Below are positions 25,647 through 35,466 of a DNA stretch of 57,659 nucleotides, one piece after another. The notes beneath the pieces are model-generated. The model worked only from the letters and a program-made list of their open reading frames with translations. It ran no database searches and had not been told where the DNA came from. Origin of the DNA: a virus (lineage: Duplodnaviria > Caudoviricetes); IMG/VR virus record IMGVR_UViG_3300043443_000537, positions 1 to 57,659 of that record; one strand, 5' to 3'. A program made the translations under genes and the position numbers. Position 1 is the stretch's first letter. Each line of letters opens with the position of its first letter.

Positions 25647-25696
25647 GCGACCACCTGCGGTTCCACCGCTAAACAATTTTCCGCCGCGTAAATCGC

Positions 25697-26266
25697 ATGT
25701 CCTCAACAACCATCAACCGTAATCAACTCAAATCGTTCAACGCGTTTGCTTCTGCTTCTGCTTCGAATGCTCTTTGTGCGGACTCCACGGTGCCTAAAAA
25801 AAATCGTTCTTTGAGGCGCGACACCGCGACGACGGGGGAATCGTCCTCACCCCTCGCGGCGGATTCAATCTCAACTCGGGTGCGCATGATCTGCGAGCGG
25901 GCCGAGCCTGCGTGCGGGACGATCATGGCTCACGTAAACGGATGGGTCTGGTGCATGGTCTGCCCCGAGACTCACAAAATCTCTCCAACCTACTCGCCGA
26001 TGCGCTATGCCTTGACAGAAAAGGCGCGGCGAGAGGCCAAGATAAAAGCAGGCTTTTGTGCCGAGTGTGGCCGCCGACGAGACACAATCTCCTCTCGCTT
26101 GTGCGCCAGGCATCTCGCCATGAAGCGTGTCCGTAAGCGCCGATATGACGAGCGTCGTAACTTGGCCGTCAAGGACTCACTTTATTCTGGTTCCAGCCGA
26201 GGTATGTCCGGCGGGGCCGTTATCACCTATGACCTCCGTGACGAGACTGCCGGCATCTTGCTCTGA
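25697..26266 (+). CDS. Hypothetical Cys-rich protein (start uncertain)
   Basis: CMVC, CAEC...LCARH; lower GC than neighbours. Confidence 0.45.
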   Translation: MSSTTINRNQLKSFNAFASASASNALCADSTVPKKNRSLRRDTATTGESSSPLAADSISTRVRMICERAEPACGTIMAHVNGWVWCMVCPETHKISPTYSPMRYALTEKARREAKIKAGFCAECGRRRDTISSRLCARHLAMKRVRKRRYDERRNLAVKDSLYSGSSRGMSGGAVITYDLRDETAGILL

Positions 26267-26522
26267 CTACAACCGCGTCCTCAACCACCTGATGCGCCTG
26301 CGCGGACTGTGGAATCGGACGCCGTCGGAGAACGTGCGCCGCCGAACTGAAGCCGCGATGTCGGTGTGGGGCCGTCGCGCTCGCGAGCTGCGCGAGATCG
26401 AAATGAACGGCTTCGCGGCCAAGATTCAGCGCAGCGAACCCCTAACCAACGACGAGCGTGCGCGCCGGCAAGGTTTGATCTTCGGCCACAACGGGCAGGC
26501 GCGCGGCTTTAAGGTTTTTTAG
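26229..26522 (+). CDS. Hypothetical protein
   Basis: MTSVTRLP...; last rightward gene before the convergence point. Confidence 0.55.
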   Translation: MTSVTRLPASCSDYNRVLNHLMRLRGLWNRTPSENVRRRTEAAMSVWGRRARELREIEMNGFAAKIQRSEPLTNDERARRQGLIFGHNGQARGFKVF

Positions 26523-26619
26523 TCCTGCCAGAGCGACCGCCACACCCCGCGCGCGGCGAAACACGCCCGGCGAAGATGCTCGCGCAGGCAGCGCAGGTGC
26601 AGGGTGATTGCGACGCGGT

Positions 26620-26796
26620 TCATTCGTCGTCGTCCTCGCCGCAGGTGTGCGCCTGCTCGTCGAGCGCGCGCAGGATCGTCCGCTCGTGCGCCTCAACTGT
26701 TTCAAGCGGCGTCTTGTCCGGCAGCTCGATCTCGGCGTCGTAGCGTGTCCAGCCGCCGTCGGTCCACCCGCGGATGACTGACAGCCGGACCTTCAC
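26620..26796 (-). CDS. Hypothetical protein (58 aa)
   Basis: GTG start overlapping upstream stop; VKVRLSVIRGW...GEDDDE. Confidence 0.55.
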   Translation of the reverse strand: MKVRLSVIRGWTDGGWTRYDAEIELPDKTPLETVEAHERTILRALDEQAHTCGEDDDE

Positions 26797-27092
26797 GGCG
26801 CAGGGTTGAGCGAGTCGATTACGTCCTGCGTGCAGGCCGCGTAGCCTGCCGCGTCCACCATGTTGTCCCGCTTCGGTCGATGCGCCTGGCGCGCGACCTT
26901 CACGAGAATCATGAGCGGGCCGATGTCCTCCGCGCGCACGGTCACGGTGCGGCCGTTGGTCCGGCTAAGGTAGGCGGAGAACATCGCGGCCTGCGTGGTG
27001 AAGTCGTCGACGGGCGGCCCGTAGGCGGCGTGCCGGTCGCCGTAGACGAGCGACTTAGCCTCGGTGAGGATGTCGGGAGGGGTGGCGCTCAT
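26793..27092 (-). CDS. DUF6378-like protein
   Basis: ILTEAKSLVYGDRHAAYGPP...KVAR...RDNMVDAAGY; start ATG 27092. Confidence 0.75.
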   Translation of the reverse strand: MSATPPDILTEAKSLVYGDRHAAYGPPVDDFTTQAAMFSAYLSRTNGRTVTVRAEDIGPLMILVKVARQAHRPKRDNMVDAAGYAACTQDVIDSLNPAP

Positions 27093-28108
27093 GAGTTCAG
27101 GAGTTTGCCGTTGTGGATGCGGAAGTTTGTGACGTTGAAGAGGCCGCCAGTGCTGACCTCGATCTCTGCGAAGCCGTGATTCCATCCGTTGTTCGGCTCG
27201 TAGAGGGGCCGCAGCTCGCACAGGCAGCCGGTCGACCAACAGGTCACGATGTCGCGGCCGAGGTTGGTCTCTGTGTGCTCGGAGGTTTTGTGTGAGTGGC
27301 TGACCATACACGAGACCTTCGCGCGCATGAAGGCGCCGCGGGCGGGGTTGACCGGCGCGGAGATGCCGCGGGGGAGCTCGTGGCCGTGTAGGACCGGGAG
27401 CTTCCCAACCATGACCTCGCGCTTCTCGTAGACGTGCTCGATCCCGAACTTCTTGAGATTGAACAGCGCGCCGAGTCCGTTGATCGTGACGTCGTAGAGT
27501 TCCGGCGCGCGCTCCATGATGTAGTGCTGCAGGCGCTCGTCGTGGTTGCCTTCCTTGAAGACGATGCGGGCGTCGGGGAATAGCTCGCGCAGCTTGCTCA
27601 GGAACGCGAGCGCGGTCTTGCGCTCCTGCTTGAACGACCGAGCCTCCGGGTTCTTGCAGAAGCGCGAGAGCGTGTGGAAGTCCGCGAGGTCGCCGTTGAT
27701 GAGGATGCCGTCGACCTTGCGGCGCTGGCCGGTCTGCAACGCCAGCGTCAGGGCGCCGATGTTGTGATACGGGAGGTGGATGTCGGGCAGCACGAGGACG
27801 CGCTCGCAGCCGTCCATGATGAACGGTGTGTGCTCGCGCTCAAACGAGGCCGGGAGATTGAGCGGGTTGATGGGATTGAACTTGGAGGCTGGCGTGGTTA
27901 TGGCGGCGAGTCCGCGATCCTCTCGCTTTGCCTTCCCATTTGCGCCGCGGCGATACCGGATGGCGCAGCGCGCCGCATCCACGTCCTTCCACACCCGAGG
28001 ATGCTTCTTTGCCATGAGCCGCGCGAGCGTGAGCGACGGCATATCGGGGTGCTTCTTGACGTATTCGTCGGCGAGCTCGCTCGCGTGCGGGTTCTTGTGG
28101 TTGGGCAT
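27089..28108 (-). CDS. Calcineurin-like metallophosphoesterase
   Basis: DIH, NGDLAD, GNHD, HGH and SHSH motifs. Confidence 0.9.
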   Translation of the reverse strand: MPNHKNPHASELADEYVKKHPDMPSLTLARLMAKKHPRVWKDVDAARCAIRYRRGANGKAKREDRGLAAITTPASKFNPINPLNLPASFEREHTPFIMDGCERVLVLPDIHLPYHNIGALTLALQTGQRRKVDGILINGDLADFHTLSRFCKNPEARSFKQERKTALAFLSKLRELFPDARIVFKEGNHDERLQHYIMERAPELYDVTINGLGALFNLKKFGIEHVYEKREVMVGKLPVLHGHELPRGISAPVNPARGAFMRAKVSCMVSHSHKTSEHTETNLGRDIVTCWSTGCLCELRPLYEPNNGWNHGFAEIEVSTGGLFNVTNFRIHNGKLLNS

Positions 28109-28111
28109 AAA

Positions 28112-29128
28112 TCATTCGGCGGCCTGCTCGGGCTGCGGCAGGTTCTCCTTCGCGGCGGTGCCGGTCGCGACGGTGTTGTAGCCCTGCCGGCTAAGGCGAT
28201 GCTCGACACGTGTGATCTTCCACTCGCCCTCGTCGAGCTCGCTGCGGAAGCCGCGTAGAATCGCGCGCCCCTCCGCCATGAGGTAGGGCTGGCCAGGCAT
28301 GGTCAGCGTGAACTCCGTGCCACTGCGGCGGAAGTTCCGGAGATAGGAAGACGCGGCGGCCTGCGCGGTCTGCGCGTTTGGGTAAACGGCCTGCGCGCGA
28401 TAGACGGGTTCGCCGACGCCGGCGCCAACCTCGACGGGCTGGCCGGTCGCGGGGTTGTGCCAGGTAGTGACGACGGATTGAAACCGGCTGCGGTTGGAGA
28501 TGCGGAACGCCCACGTCGAGCAGTCCGATTTCAGGATCGTGAAGTGCGGAATGTCGTTGCCCTTGGTGGTCTTTGCCTCCGCGCGCGAGAGGGCAATAAG
28601 GCGCCCGAAGGTCGGCTTGACCACGAGGTCGCGCTCGACGGCCAGGCGCGTGAGGAGATTGATGTCGGACTCGTTGGTTTGGTCGACGTGCGGGAGCTGC
28701 ACCGCCGCGGCGGTGGCGGACACCTCGGCGACGAGGCCTTGCTCCTCCGCGATGGTGCGGACCAAAACACCGAAGGTCGTCGGATCCCACGAGCGCGTCT
28801 TCTGCGATTGCAGCGCCTTGCCGGCGTCGGAGAGCAGGAAGGACGCGCCGGCGGCGCGGATCGTCAGCCGGTCGGGCGGGCCTTCGACTGAGGACTCGTC
28901 GACGACGAATAGGCCCATGTCGCGGAGCGCGCCCGCGTAGCCGAGCGCGACGTTCAGCCTGGCGCCCTTGCGGGGAATCTCAATCAGGCTGCCGGTGTCT
29001 TCGACGACGATGTTCAGGGTGTCGGCGCGCACGCCTGCCTCGTCGGTAACGGCGAGGTCGATGAGCCGGCCGTTGAAGTTGGCCGTAATGTCCTTGCCCT
29101 CCGAAACAATGCGATAGGCCGGGGTCAT
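28112..29128 (-). CDS. P2 gpD-like baseplate hub (late control D)
   Basis: DEAGVRADTL, GLFVVDE...GPPDRLTIRA, KTRSW, DQTNESD..LLTRLA. Confidence 0.92.
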   Translation of the reverse strand: MTPAYRIVSEGKDITANFNGRLIDLAVTDEAGVRADTLNIVVEDTGSLIEIPRKGARLNVALGYAGALRDMGLFVVDESSVEGPPDRLTIRAAGASFLLSDAGKALQSQKTRSWDPTTFGVLVRTIAEEQGLVAEVSATAAAVQLPHVDQTNESDINLLTRLAVERDLVVKPTFGRLIALSRAEAKTTKGNDIPHFTILKSDCSTWAFRISNRSRFQSVVTTWHNPATGQPVEVGAGVGEPVYRAQAVYPNAQTAQAAASSYLRNFRRSGTEFTLTMPGQPYLMAEGRAILRGFRSELDEGEWKITRVEHRLSRQGYNTVATGTAAKENLPQPEQAAE

Positions 29129-29135
29129 GCGAGGG

Positions 29136-29342
29136 TCAGTCGAACAACCGCACGACTTGCGTGGTAGGTTCCGCGATGTCAGGCAGCGTGATCGTCAGGC
29201 CGGCGGGCAGCTCGGGCCCGTAGTCGGCGAGCCCGACGTTGGCCTCGAGGACCTGCTCGACCACCCCGGAGGTGCGGCCGTAGTAGCCGTGGCAGATGGA
29301 GTCCACGGTGTCGCGGTCTTTTGTGCGGTAAGTCGCGGACAT
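29136..29342 (-). CDS. P2 gpX-like tail protein
   Basis: DTVDSICHGYYG...VLEANVGLADYGPELPAG. Confidence 0.92.
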   Translation of the reverse strand: MSATYRTKDRDTVDSICHGYYGRTSGVVEQVLEANVGLADYGPELPAGLTITLPDIAEPTTQVVRLFD

Positions 29343-29348
29343 GGGTCG

Positions 29349-29741
29349 TTATGCGTAGCGTTTTAGCGCGAGGTCAAACTCGATCTTGCGCGGCACTCCG
29401 TTGGCGAAGAACGTGGTGTGGCCTTCACCGATCTTCTCGATGACCCACGCGCCGAGGTTGGCGCCGACGCCGGAGACTAAACGCAGCGGGATGCCTCGGC
29501 CAGCGAGGGAACGCATGGCGTCAACCTGCGCGAGGCCTCCGCGGAACGTTGGATAGATGGTGCCGCGCAGCGTGACGGTCTCCGCCTCCACGCCGGTGAA
29601 TTGCAGCGCAGGCCGGCCGCCGATTCGCGGCTGCTCCGCCCACGTGTAGCCCGTGCTCCGCGTGAACTCCTGATACGCCGCCGAGCTGAGGGCGAACGCG
29701 TAGGTGCCGAGCACCATCATGACTTCGGGGGATTCGGCCAT
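29349..29741 (-). CDS. P2 gpU-like tail protein
   Basis: MMVLGTYAF...PALQFTG...TVTLRG...PRKIEFDLALKR. Confidence 0.92.
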   Translation of the reverse strand: MAESPEVMMVLGTYAFALSSAAYQEFTRSTGYTWAEQPRIGGRPALQFTGVEAETVTLRGTIYPTFRGGLAQVDAMRSLAGRGIPLRLVSGVGANLGAWVIEKIGEGHTTFFANGVPRKIEFDLALKRYA

Positions 29742-29744
29742 AGA

Positions 29745-31793
29745 TTAGTAGGCGGGCGCCACGTCGTAGAGCGCGGTGCGGGTGTCCTGCTGGCGCTTTG
29801 CGTCGAGCCGGCGCATGACCTCCTGCGCGAGCTTCTGCTCGTCCATGCCGGGCGCGGCGTTGACGACGATGCTGTTGTTGGTGGTCGCGTTGGTTTGGTT
29901 CCGCGATGCCGCGGCGGCGACTGGCACGGAGGGCAGGCGCGAGCCCGGCCCGGGCAGGGGAGCGCTAGGCGTGGCGGGGGCGGCGCCCTCCTCCGGGCCC
30001 GGCTTGCTGCCGATACCGAGCGCGGCGAGGCCGGTGCGCACGAGCTTGATCGCGCCGGCGATGAGTTGCAGGGGCGTGAGGATGCCGGCCGCCAGCGCCT
30101 TGCCGACCATGCGGCCGACGTTAGCGGTCTTCTCCATCTCCGCGTTCGTCTGCTGGAACGGCGTGAGCACCCACGCAAAGGCGTCGCGGACCTTGCCGAG
30201 GATCCAGAGGAGCGGCGCAAAGGTGCGCTCAAGGACTTGGCCGAGCGGCTGCAATGCCGCCCACATTTCGCCGAAGCCCTCCATGAAGCCGTCCCATACT
30301 CCGCCGAGGAAGGCCTTGATGGGTTCCCAATACTTGCGAACGAGGAGCGCCAGCGTGACCACGCCGGCGATGATCCAGCCGATGCCGGGAATCGCGGCGA
30401 CGAAGGAGAACAGCGCGGTCGCCGCGGCGGTGATACCGGACGCCAGAGCGGGCAGCGCGGACGCGAGGCCGGCGATACCGGTGGCGTTCGCCAGGGCGCC
30501 CGCCGCGCCGAGCGCACGCATGGCGCCGATTAACTGCCAGACCTGGCCGGCGGTAGTCAGAATGGTGAAGCCGAACTTCGCAACCGCAGCGACGGCGGTG
30601 ACGCCGATGACCACGGCGAAGCCCGCGACGGCAGCCTTCACGAGCAGGGTGTTGTCGCTCAAGAACGTGAGGAACCGGTTCACCACGGGCAATAGGGCCG
30701 CGCCCATCTCGTTGCGGATGCCGACGAGCGTTGCCTTGAACCGACCGAAGGCCTCGTCGAACTCGGCGGTCAACGCAAGTTGCTTCTCGTCGAGAATGAA
30801 TCCGGTCTTCTCGCCTTCCTCGCGCAGGCGGCGCAGTTCGTCCGCCCCCATGCCGAGGACGTTGCCCATCTTGTAGGCCTTCGCGCCGAAGAGTTCGGTC
30901 GCGATTCGGGTTCGCTCAAGCGGGTCGCGGACGTTTTTGAACGCGTCGGCGAGCACATCCATGCGCTGACCTAGCGGCAGTTCGGCGAGCATCTCGGCGT
31001 CGAGGCCAAGTCTCTCAAAGGCCTCGGATGCCTTGCCGCCGCCGTCCTGCGCCTCGGCGAGGGCCTGATTGAGCTTATTGAGCGCGGCGTCCATCTTGCC
31101 GGTCTCGACGCCTACGCGCTCGCCAGCGAAGCGCAGCGCCATGAGTTCACGGGCGGTGGTGCCCAGCGCCGCCGCGGTTTCCTGCGCTTCGTCGCCGGCG
31201 TTCGCGAAGCCCGTTATGGTCTTCCAGAGCGGAACGCTCGCGGCGGTCAGCGCGACGCCGACGGCTGCGGCCTCGACGGCGAGCCGCTTGAACGACGTGC
31301 CGAGCTCGGCGGTGATGCCCTTGATCTTGCCCAGCGCGGCGAGCCTAGTGGAGGCCTGCGCGGCTTCCTTGCCGAGCCGCTCCATCTCCTCGGAGAGTTT
31401 TGACGTGTCAATGCCCGCGGCTTGAAGGGCAGCGCGCTCTTTGTCGAGCGCCTCCGTCTTCTTGGTGAGGGCGGCGCGCGCCTTGTCGTAGGCGGCCTTC
31501 TGCTTGTCGATCTCCTTGTTGAGGGTCGCCATGCCCTCGGCGTCTTGAACCCAATGGGTCTGCCTTTGCAGGTCGCGCAGGCGGGTGCCAGCCTCGGCGA
31601 CGGATTCGCGCGCAGCCTTCACGGCTTCGAGTGCCTTCGCGTAACTGGCGATGCTCTTCTGCGAATCGTTCAGGCCGCGCAGCGAGGCGCCCACCGATTT
31701 GATACGCGAGTCCAGTCCGCCGAACGTGCTGCGGAAACTCGCGCCGAGTTCGGCGCCGATGCTGATGACTGCGCTGAACTTCTTATCGGCCAT
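29745..31793 (-). CDS. Tail tape measure protein
   Basis: 682-aa helical Ala-rich protein with TM-like segment and YWEPIKAF; follows the chaperone. Confidence 0.9.
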   Translation of the reverse strand: MADKKFSAVISIGAELGASFRSTFGGLDSRIKSVGASLRGLNDSQKSIASYAKALEAVKAARESVAEAGTRLRDLQRQTHWVQDAEGMATLNKEIDKQKAAYDKARAALTKKTEALDKERAALQAAGIDTSKLSEEMERLGKEAAQASTRLAALGKIKGITAELGTSFKRLAVEAAAVGVALTAASVPLWKTITGFANAGDEAQETAAALGTTARELMALRFAGERVGVETGKMDAALNKLNQALAEAQDGGGKASEAFERLGLDAEMLAELPLGQRMDVLADAFKNVRDPLERTRIATELFGAKAYKMGNVLGMGADELRRLREEGEKTGFILDEKQLALTAEFDEAFGRFKATLVGIRNEMGAALLPVVNRFLTFLSDNTLLVKAAVAGFAVVIGVTAVAAVAKFGFTILTTAGQVWQLIGAMRALGAAGALANATGIAGLASALPALASGITAAATALFSFVAAIPGIGWIIAGVVTLALLVRKYWEPIKAFLGGVWDGFMEGFGEMWAALQPLGQVLERTFAPLLWILGKVRDAFAWVLTPFQQTNAEMEKTANVGRMVGKALAAGILTPLQLIAGAIKLVRTGLAALGIGSKPGPEEGAAPATPSAPLPGPGSRLPSVPVAAAASRNQTNATTNNSIVVNAAPGMDEQKLAQEVMRRLDAKRQQDTRTALYDVAPAY

Positions 31794-31797
31794 GATG

Positions 31798-31962
31798 CTA
31801 GTGGGCGCGTTTTACTTCGTCGGCTAGGATGCGGAGGTAGGCGTGGAAATCTTCGCCCTCCATGTCCTGAATCTCGCGCCACCCCCAGCCGGTGTGCGAC
31901 GCGAGTTGGATCTCAGCTCGCCGGATGTCGTCGAGCGTCAGTCCTTGGAAGGCTGCAAAAAA
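31798..31962 (-). CDS. gpE'-like extension of the tail chaperone (-1 frame)
   Basis: After GGGTTTTTTG the -1 frame reads AAFQGLTLDDIRRAEIQLASHTGWGWREIQDMEGEDFHAYLRILADEVKRAH*. Confidence 0.8.
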   Translation of the reverse strand, partial: FFAAFQGLTLDDIRRAEIQLASHTGWGWREIQDMEGEDFHAYLRILADEVKRAH

Positions 31963-32198
31963 CCCGCGATGACGGCCTCCACTTTCTTGAAGTCGGCGAC
32001 GTCGATGTTGAGGATGTCGTCAGGCGAGGTCTCAGACAGGTTTGCGGCGAGGGTGACCGCGAGGTCAAAATCGTCAACCTTGCCGCCCGCGCGAGCGACC
32101 TTGATGTCGCGCACGGTCGGGCGGCGGAAGTGGAGTTCGGAGACTTCCACGCCGGCAATCTTGGCGGGGAAGTCGAGCTTGATGGTGGTCTTGGACAT
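31938..32198 (-). CDS. Tail assembly chaperone (P2 gpE-like)
   Basis: LDFP...LHFRRPTVRDI...DVADF; between tube and tape measure. Confidence 0.88.
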   Translation of the reverse strand: MSKTTIKLDFPAKIAGVEVSELHFRRPTVRDIKVARAGGKVDDFDLAVTLAANLSETSPDDILNIDVADFKKVEAVIAGFLQPSKD

Positions 32199-32228
32199 GG
32201 GGGGAACGGGAAACGGGGGGCCTGCGCG

Positions 32229-32735
32229 TTACAGGCCGATGGCGGCGCGCTGCGCGGCGAGGCGGTCGACGCCGTTGATCTTGCGCACCATGTTCAGCAC
32301 ATCGATCTCGTGAACGACGGTGCCGCCCTGGGTGTAGCGGAAGAACGTCAGGGTCGCGGTGAACGTGAGCGACGACTTGGCGCCGGGCTGCCAGGCGCCG
32401 AACTCGACGCCCTTGAAGTTGCCGCGGGCGTTGACGACGACCGGGGTGACGGTCCCGTCGCGGGACTCAAGCGCGCCGCGCAAGGTGACGGGCGTCTCAG
32501 CGTTGCCGAGGCCCCACTGCGCGAGGGCGTCCTTGTCGTATTTGGAGAGCGTGAAGCTGAGTTCGAGCTTCTCCATGCCCATGTCGAGGCCGATGGTGCC
32601 ATCCATGCCGCCGGCACGGAAGTCCTCTTCGACGATGTTGAGGGTGGGGAGTTGCACCTCGTCGGCGTTGCCCGCGTAACCGCGGCCGTCGATGAAGAGG
32701 TTGAAGTTTTTGAGGATGTCGCGAGCGGCGCTCAT
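32229..32735 (-). CDS. Major tail tube protein (P2 FII-like)
   Basis: LKNFNLFIDGRGYAG...FRAGGMDG...HEIDVLNM..INGVDRLA. Confidence 0.95.
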   Translation of the reverse strand: MSAARDILKNFNLFIDGRGYAGNADEVQLPTLNIVEEDFRAGGMDGTIGLDMGMEKLELSFTLSKYDKDALAQWGLGNAETPVTLRGALESRDGTVTPVVVNARGNFKGVEFGAWQPGAKSSLTFTATLTFFRYTQGGTVVHEIDVLNMVRKINGVDRLAAQRAAIGL

Positions 32736-32747
32736 GGTGTGGTGAGG

Positions 32748-34253
32748 TTAGGAGACGAGGGACTCGAGGCCGTTGGTATTGAGCTCGGAGCGGAACGTCA
32801 CGCGCTCGGCCGGATAGGGCGGCGTGAAGTTGAAGTTGAAGTAGACCTTGCCGGCGGAGATGTTTGCCGGGCTGTTGAGGTCGGGGTCGGGATAGCAGCA
32901 GTTGACTTTCTTGCTGATGTCCTGATCGCCGATGAGGGCGCCCTGCGCGATGAGGCTGCGCATGTAGGCGTTGACCGACTCGGTGACGTCCTCAAGGTAG
33001 GTCTTGGTGATGTTGCGGTCGACCGCCCACATATGGGCGCGGAGGATGGACTCGTTGAGAATGTCAGCGGTGCGGACCACGGAGGCGAAGGCCCACTTGC
33101 TGTCCGAGGAGAGGGTGCGGTTGCCCCAAGTGCGGTAGCCGTCGTAGCGGATGATCGTCGCGACATTCTGCTCGTTGAGCAGGTTGGCGCGGGAGTTGGA
33201 GTCGCCGAGGACGAAGTCGATGGGACGAGAGAGGCCGACGATGCCGAGGATCTCCTTGTTGGACTCCGACCACCAGAAGCCGAGGGTGTTGTCGATCTGC
33301 GCCTGAATGCCGGCGAAGAACGAAGAGGCGGGCTCGGTGACGATGTCGGTGCCACGCTGGACCTTGACGCGCGGGTCGATGAGTTTGACGCGGCGGCTGC
33401 CGAAGTTGCCACCGTAGGAGATGGCGTCGGAGTCCGTGCTGTTCGGGCCGTCGGCAAAGATGAAGCCGCGCAGGCTGTTCGCCACGGAGATGAAGTTGGT
33501 GAGGACCGACTGCTCCTGAGTGAAGCCAGGGGCGATGAGGATGCGGGGCGTGAAGCCCGTGACGGACTCGCCGTTGAGCAGGGCGAAGACGCCGTTGCGA
33601 TTGATGGAGTCGCCCGCGACGTTGGAGATGGTGCCGGCGTTGGTGTCGCTCGTGACCTGCGCGACGCGCACGACGACGAGCACGGCGCCGGCCTGCTTCC
33701 AGATGTTGTCGATGGCGCGGTAGAGGGTGCCGGCCTCGCCGAGCCGCTGCACCTGGCCGTCGCCCGGGGTGACGAGGACAGGGGTGTTGAGCGGGAACGC
33801 GGCGTCGAGACCGCCGGTGAGGAACTTCTCGACCGAGGGAGCGACGGTGCCGCCGCCTCCGCCGGAGATCGCGACGGCGGCAAGAGCCGTGGCGGCGCTC
33901 ACGAGGTCATAAGCGGTCTTGACCTGCGCGGCGGTCGAGGTCGCGACGCTGCTGCCGTTGGTCGCGAGGCTGATGGTGATGGCCTTGCCGGTGACCGTGA
34001 CGGCGAGCGACTGATTGGCCGTCGCGGGTTTCACGATAGCGACGGAGACGTCGTTGCCGGTGGCGTCAGCGGCGACGGCGGTGAACGCCAAGGAGGCGGT
34101 GCTGGTGCCGAGCGTCAGCGTAGCGGCGACGCCGGCCTGCGCGTCAGGCGCGGTGCCGACGATGCCGATGATGGAAGAGCGGACGGTTTGGATGGGGCGC
34201 GGACCGTCGGTGATTTCGACGACTTCGACACCGTGGAGGAAGGTTTCGGACAT
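32748..34253 (-). CDS. Tail sheath protein (P2 FI-like)
   Basis: FLHGVEVVE, PRILIAPG, GFWWSESN, WGNRT, TPPYPAE. Confidence 0.96.
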   Translation of the reverse strand: MSETFLHGVEVVEITDGPRPIQTVRSSIIGIVGTAPDAQAGVAATLTLGTSTASLAFTAVAADATGNDVSVAIVKPATANQSLAVTVTGKAITISLATNGSSVATSTAAQVKTAYDLVSAATALAAVAISGGGGGTVAPSVEKFLTGGLDAAFPLNTPVLVTPGDGQVQRLGEAGTLYRAIDNIWKQAGAVLVVVRVAQVTSDTNAGTISNVAGDSINRNGVFALLNGESVTGFTPRILIAPGFTQEQSVLTNFISVANSLRGFIFADGPNSTDSDAISYGGNFGSRRVKLIDPRVKVQRGTDIVTEPASSFFAGIQAQIDNTLGFWWSESNKEILGIVGLSRPIDFVLGDSNSRANLLNEQNVATIIRYDGYRTWGNRTLSSDSKWAFASVVRTADILNESILRAHMWAVDRNITKTYLEDVTESVNAYMRSLIAQGALIGDQDISKKVNCCYPDPDLNSPANISAGKVYFNFNFTPPYPAERVTFRSELNTNGLESLVS

Positions 34254-34301
34254 GGTGGTTCCGGTGGTTGTGGGTTGAGGTTATGCGGTGCGCGGCGGCG
34301 C

Positions 34302-34320
34302 GTCTTGTGCGGGGATTTCC
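34302..34320 (-). promoter_or_regulatory. Late promoter box upstream of sheath
   Basis: GGAAATCCCCGCACAAGAC-N18-TAACCT. Confidence 0.82.
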
Positions 34321-34334
34321 TCCCCGCGCGAGGG

Positions 34335-35132
34335 TCAGAGTTTGATGACGTAGTTAAGAGCGAGGAACGGCTGCATGTTGTTCATCGGCACGTTGCCGCC
34401 GGTGGTGCCCACCGAACCGCTCGCGCCTATGTAGCCGGAGTTCGTGCCGTCGGTGCGGATAGATCCGGTGCTGTTCGGCGAGATGGGATTCGGGTGCGTG
34501 TGGGCGAGCAGTTCCGACGCGCTCATGGCGTGGTTCTCTTCGCCGCCAAATTCGCCAAGTGAACGCGCTGCCAAGGTATGCGTCAGCACGCATGATCCGG
34601 TGCCGGTGATCGTCGCGACGACGCCGTTCTGCGCGTTGGCCAGGGAGGTAGCGAACTTCACGCTTGTGGAGTCCTGCCGGAATATCCACCAAGTGCCGTT
34701 CGTCAGGCCGCTGAAACCGGACGCGCCGGACACGGTGACCTGCATGCCGGTATGCCACTTCGCGATGTTGGACGCGACCGGGATGGCGTTGGATGCCGCG
34801 GTTTGGTTGGTGATTGTCTCGGCCGTGAGGCCGGTGCCGACGCCGATGATCGCGCGACCGCGGGCGTCAGGGAGCGTGAGGGCTTTGTTGGCCGTCCAGT
34901 CGGCGGACGCCGAGGCGCCGCGCCCGCCAGATACCGGAGCGATGCTGTTGCTGAGATTCGTCCAGAGGAAAATGAAGAGCTTCTTAGCCGCGGCGTTCGC
35001 GTAGGTGGCGCCGGAGCTGGCGCTGCCGATGGTGGTGCCGTCCAGGAGTCGCCAGCCGGTGGGAGCGGTCGACGCGAAGGTCGAGACGACCGCGCCGGTG
35101 AAGGTGTCGTTGAGATTGAGGATCGGATTCAT
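34335..35132 (-). CDS. Tail collar domain protein
   Basis: TGAVVSTFA..APTGWRLLDG...LPDARGR...GGEENH...NNMQPFLALNYVIK. Confidence 0.85.
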   Translation of the reverse strand: MNPILNLNDTFTGAVVSTFASTAPTGWRLLDGTTIGSASSGATYANAAAKKLFIFLWTNLSNSIAPVSGGRGASASADWTANKALTLPDARGRAIIGVGTGLTAETITNQTAASNAIPVASNIAKWHTGMQVTVSGASGFSGLTNGTWWIFRQDSTSVKFATSLANAQNGVVATITGTGSCVLTHTLAARSLGEFGGEENHAMSASELLAHTHPNPISPNSTGSIRTDGTNSGYIGASGSVGTTGGNVPMNNMQPFLALNYVIKL

Positions 35133-35133
35133 G

Positions 35134-35451
35134 TTACGGAGAGTTCACGGGCGCCTCCTTGACGGCGGTGGCCTGCGCGGATTGCGCGGGCGTGGCTTGT
35201 TTGTCGCGGCGGTAGCCCTCGAGGCGGATGGTCGTCGAGGTGATGCGGCCGCCGCGCTCGTAGGTGATGCGGTCAGCGGTCACGTGGTCACCGTGGTCGA
35301 CGAGGTTGTCGGCCTGGAGATTGACGTTGAAGATTGGGTTCTGGTGGGAGACATAGACCTCCTTGGCGGTGACGTCAGGCAGGTCGATGTTCGTGGTCGC
35401 GCAGCCGGTGAGGGCCAGCGCGGCGGGAATGAGGGCGAGTGCTGTTTTCAT
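35134..35451 (-). CDS. Lipoprotein (possible spanin component)
   Basis: Signal peptide with lipobox LTG-C. Confidence 0.7.
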   Translation of the reverse strand: MKTALALIPAALALTGCATTNIDLPDVTAKEVYVSHQNPIFNVNLQADNLVDHGDHVTADRITYERGGRITSTTIRLEGYRRDKQATPAQSAQATAVKEAPVNSP

Positions 35452-35466
35452 GCGGTCTCCTTAATT

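Noticed and set aside
25796-25803. A8 run as a frameshift or phase-variation site
   Set aside because: No convincing alternative frame is joined; insufficient evidence
31422-34562. 1046-aa plus-strand ORF
   Set aside because: Antisense shadow of sheath, tube and chaperone genes in high-GC DNA; no motifs
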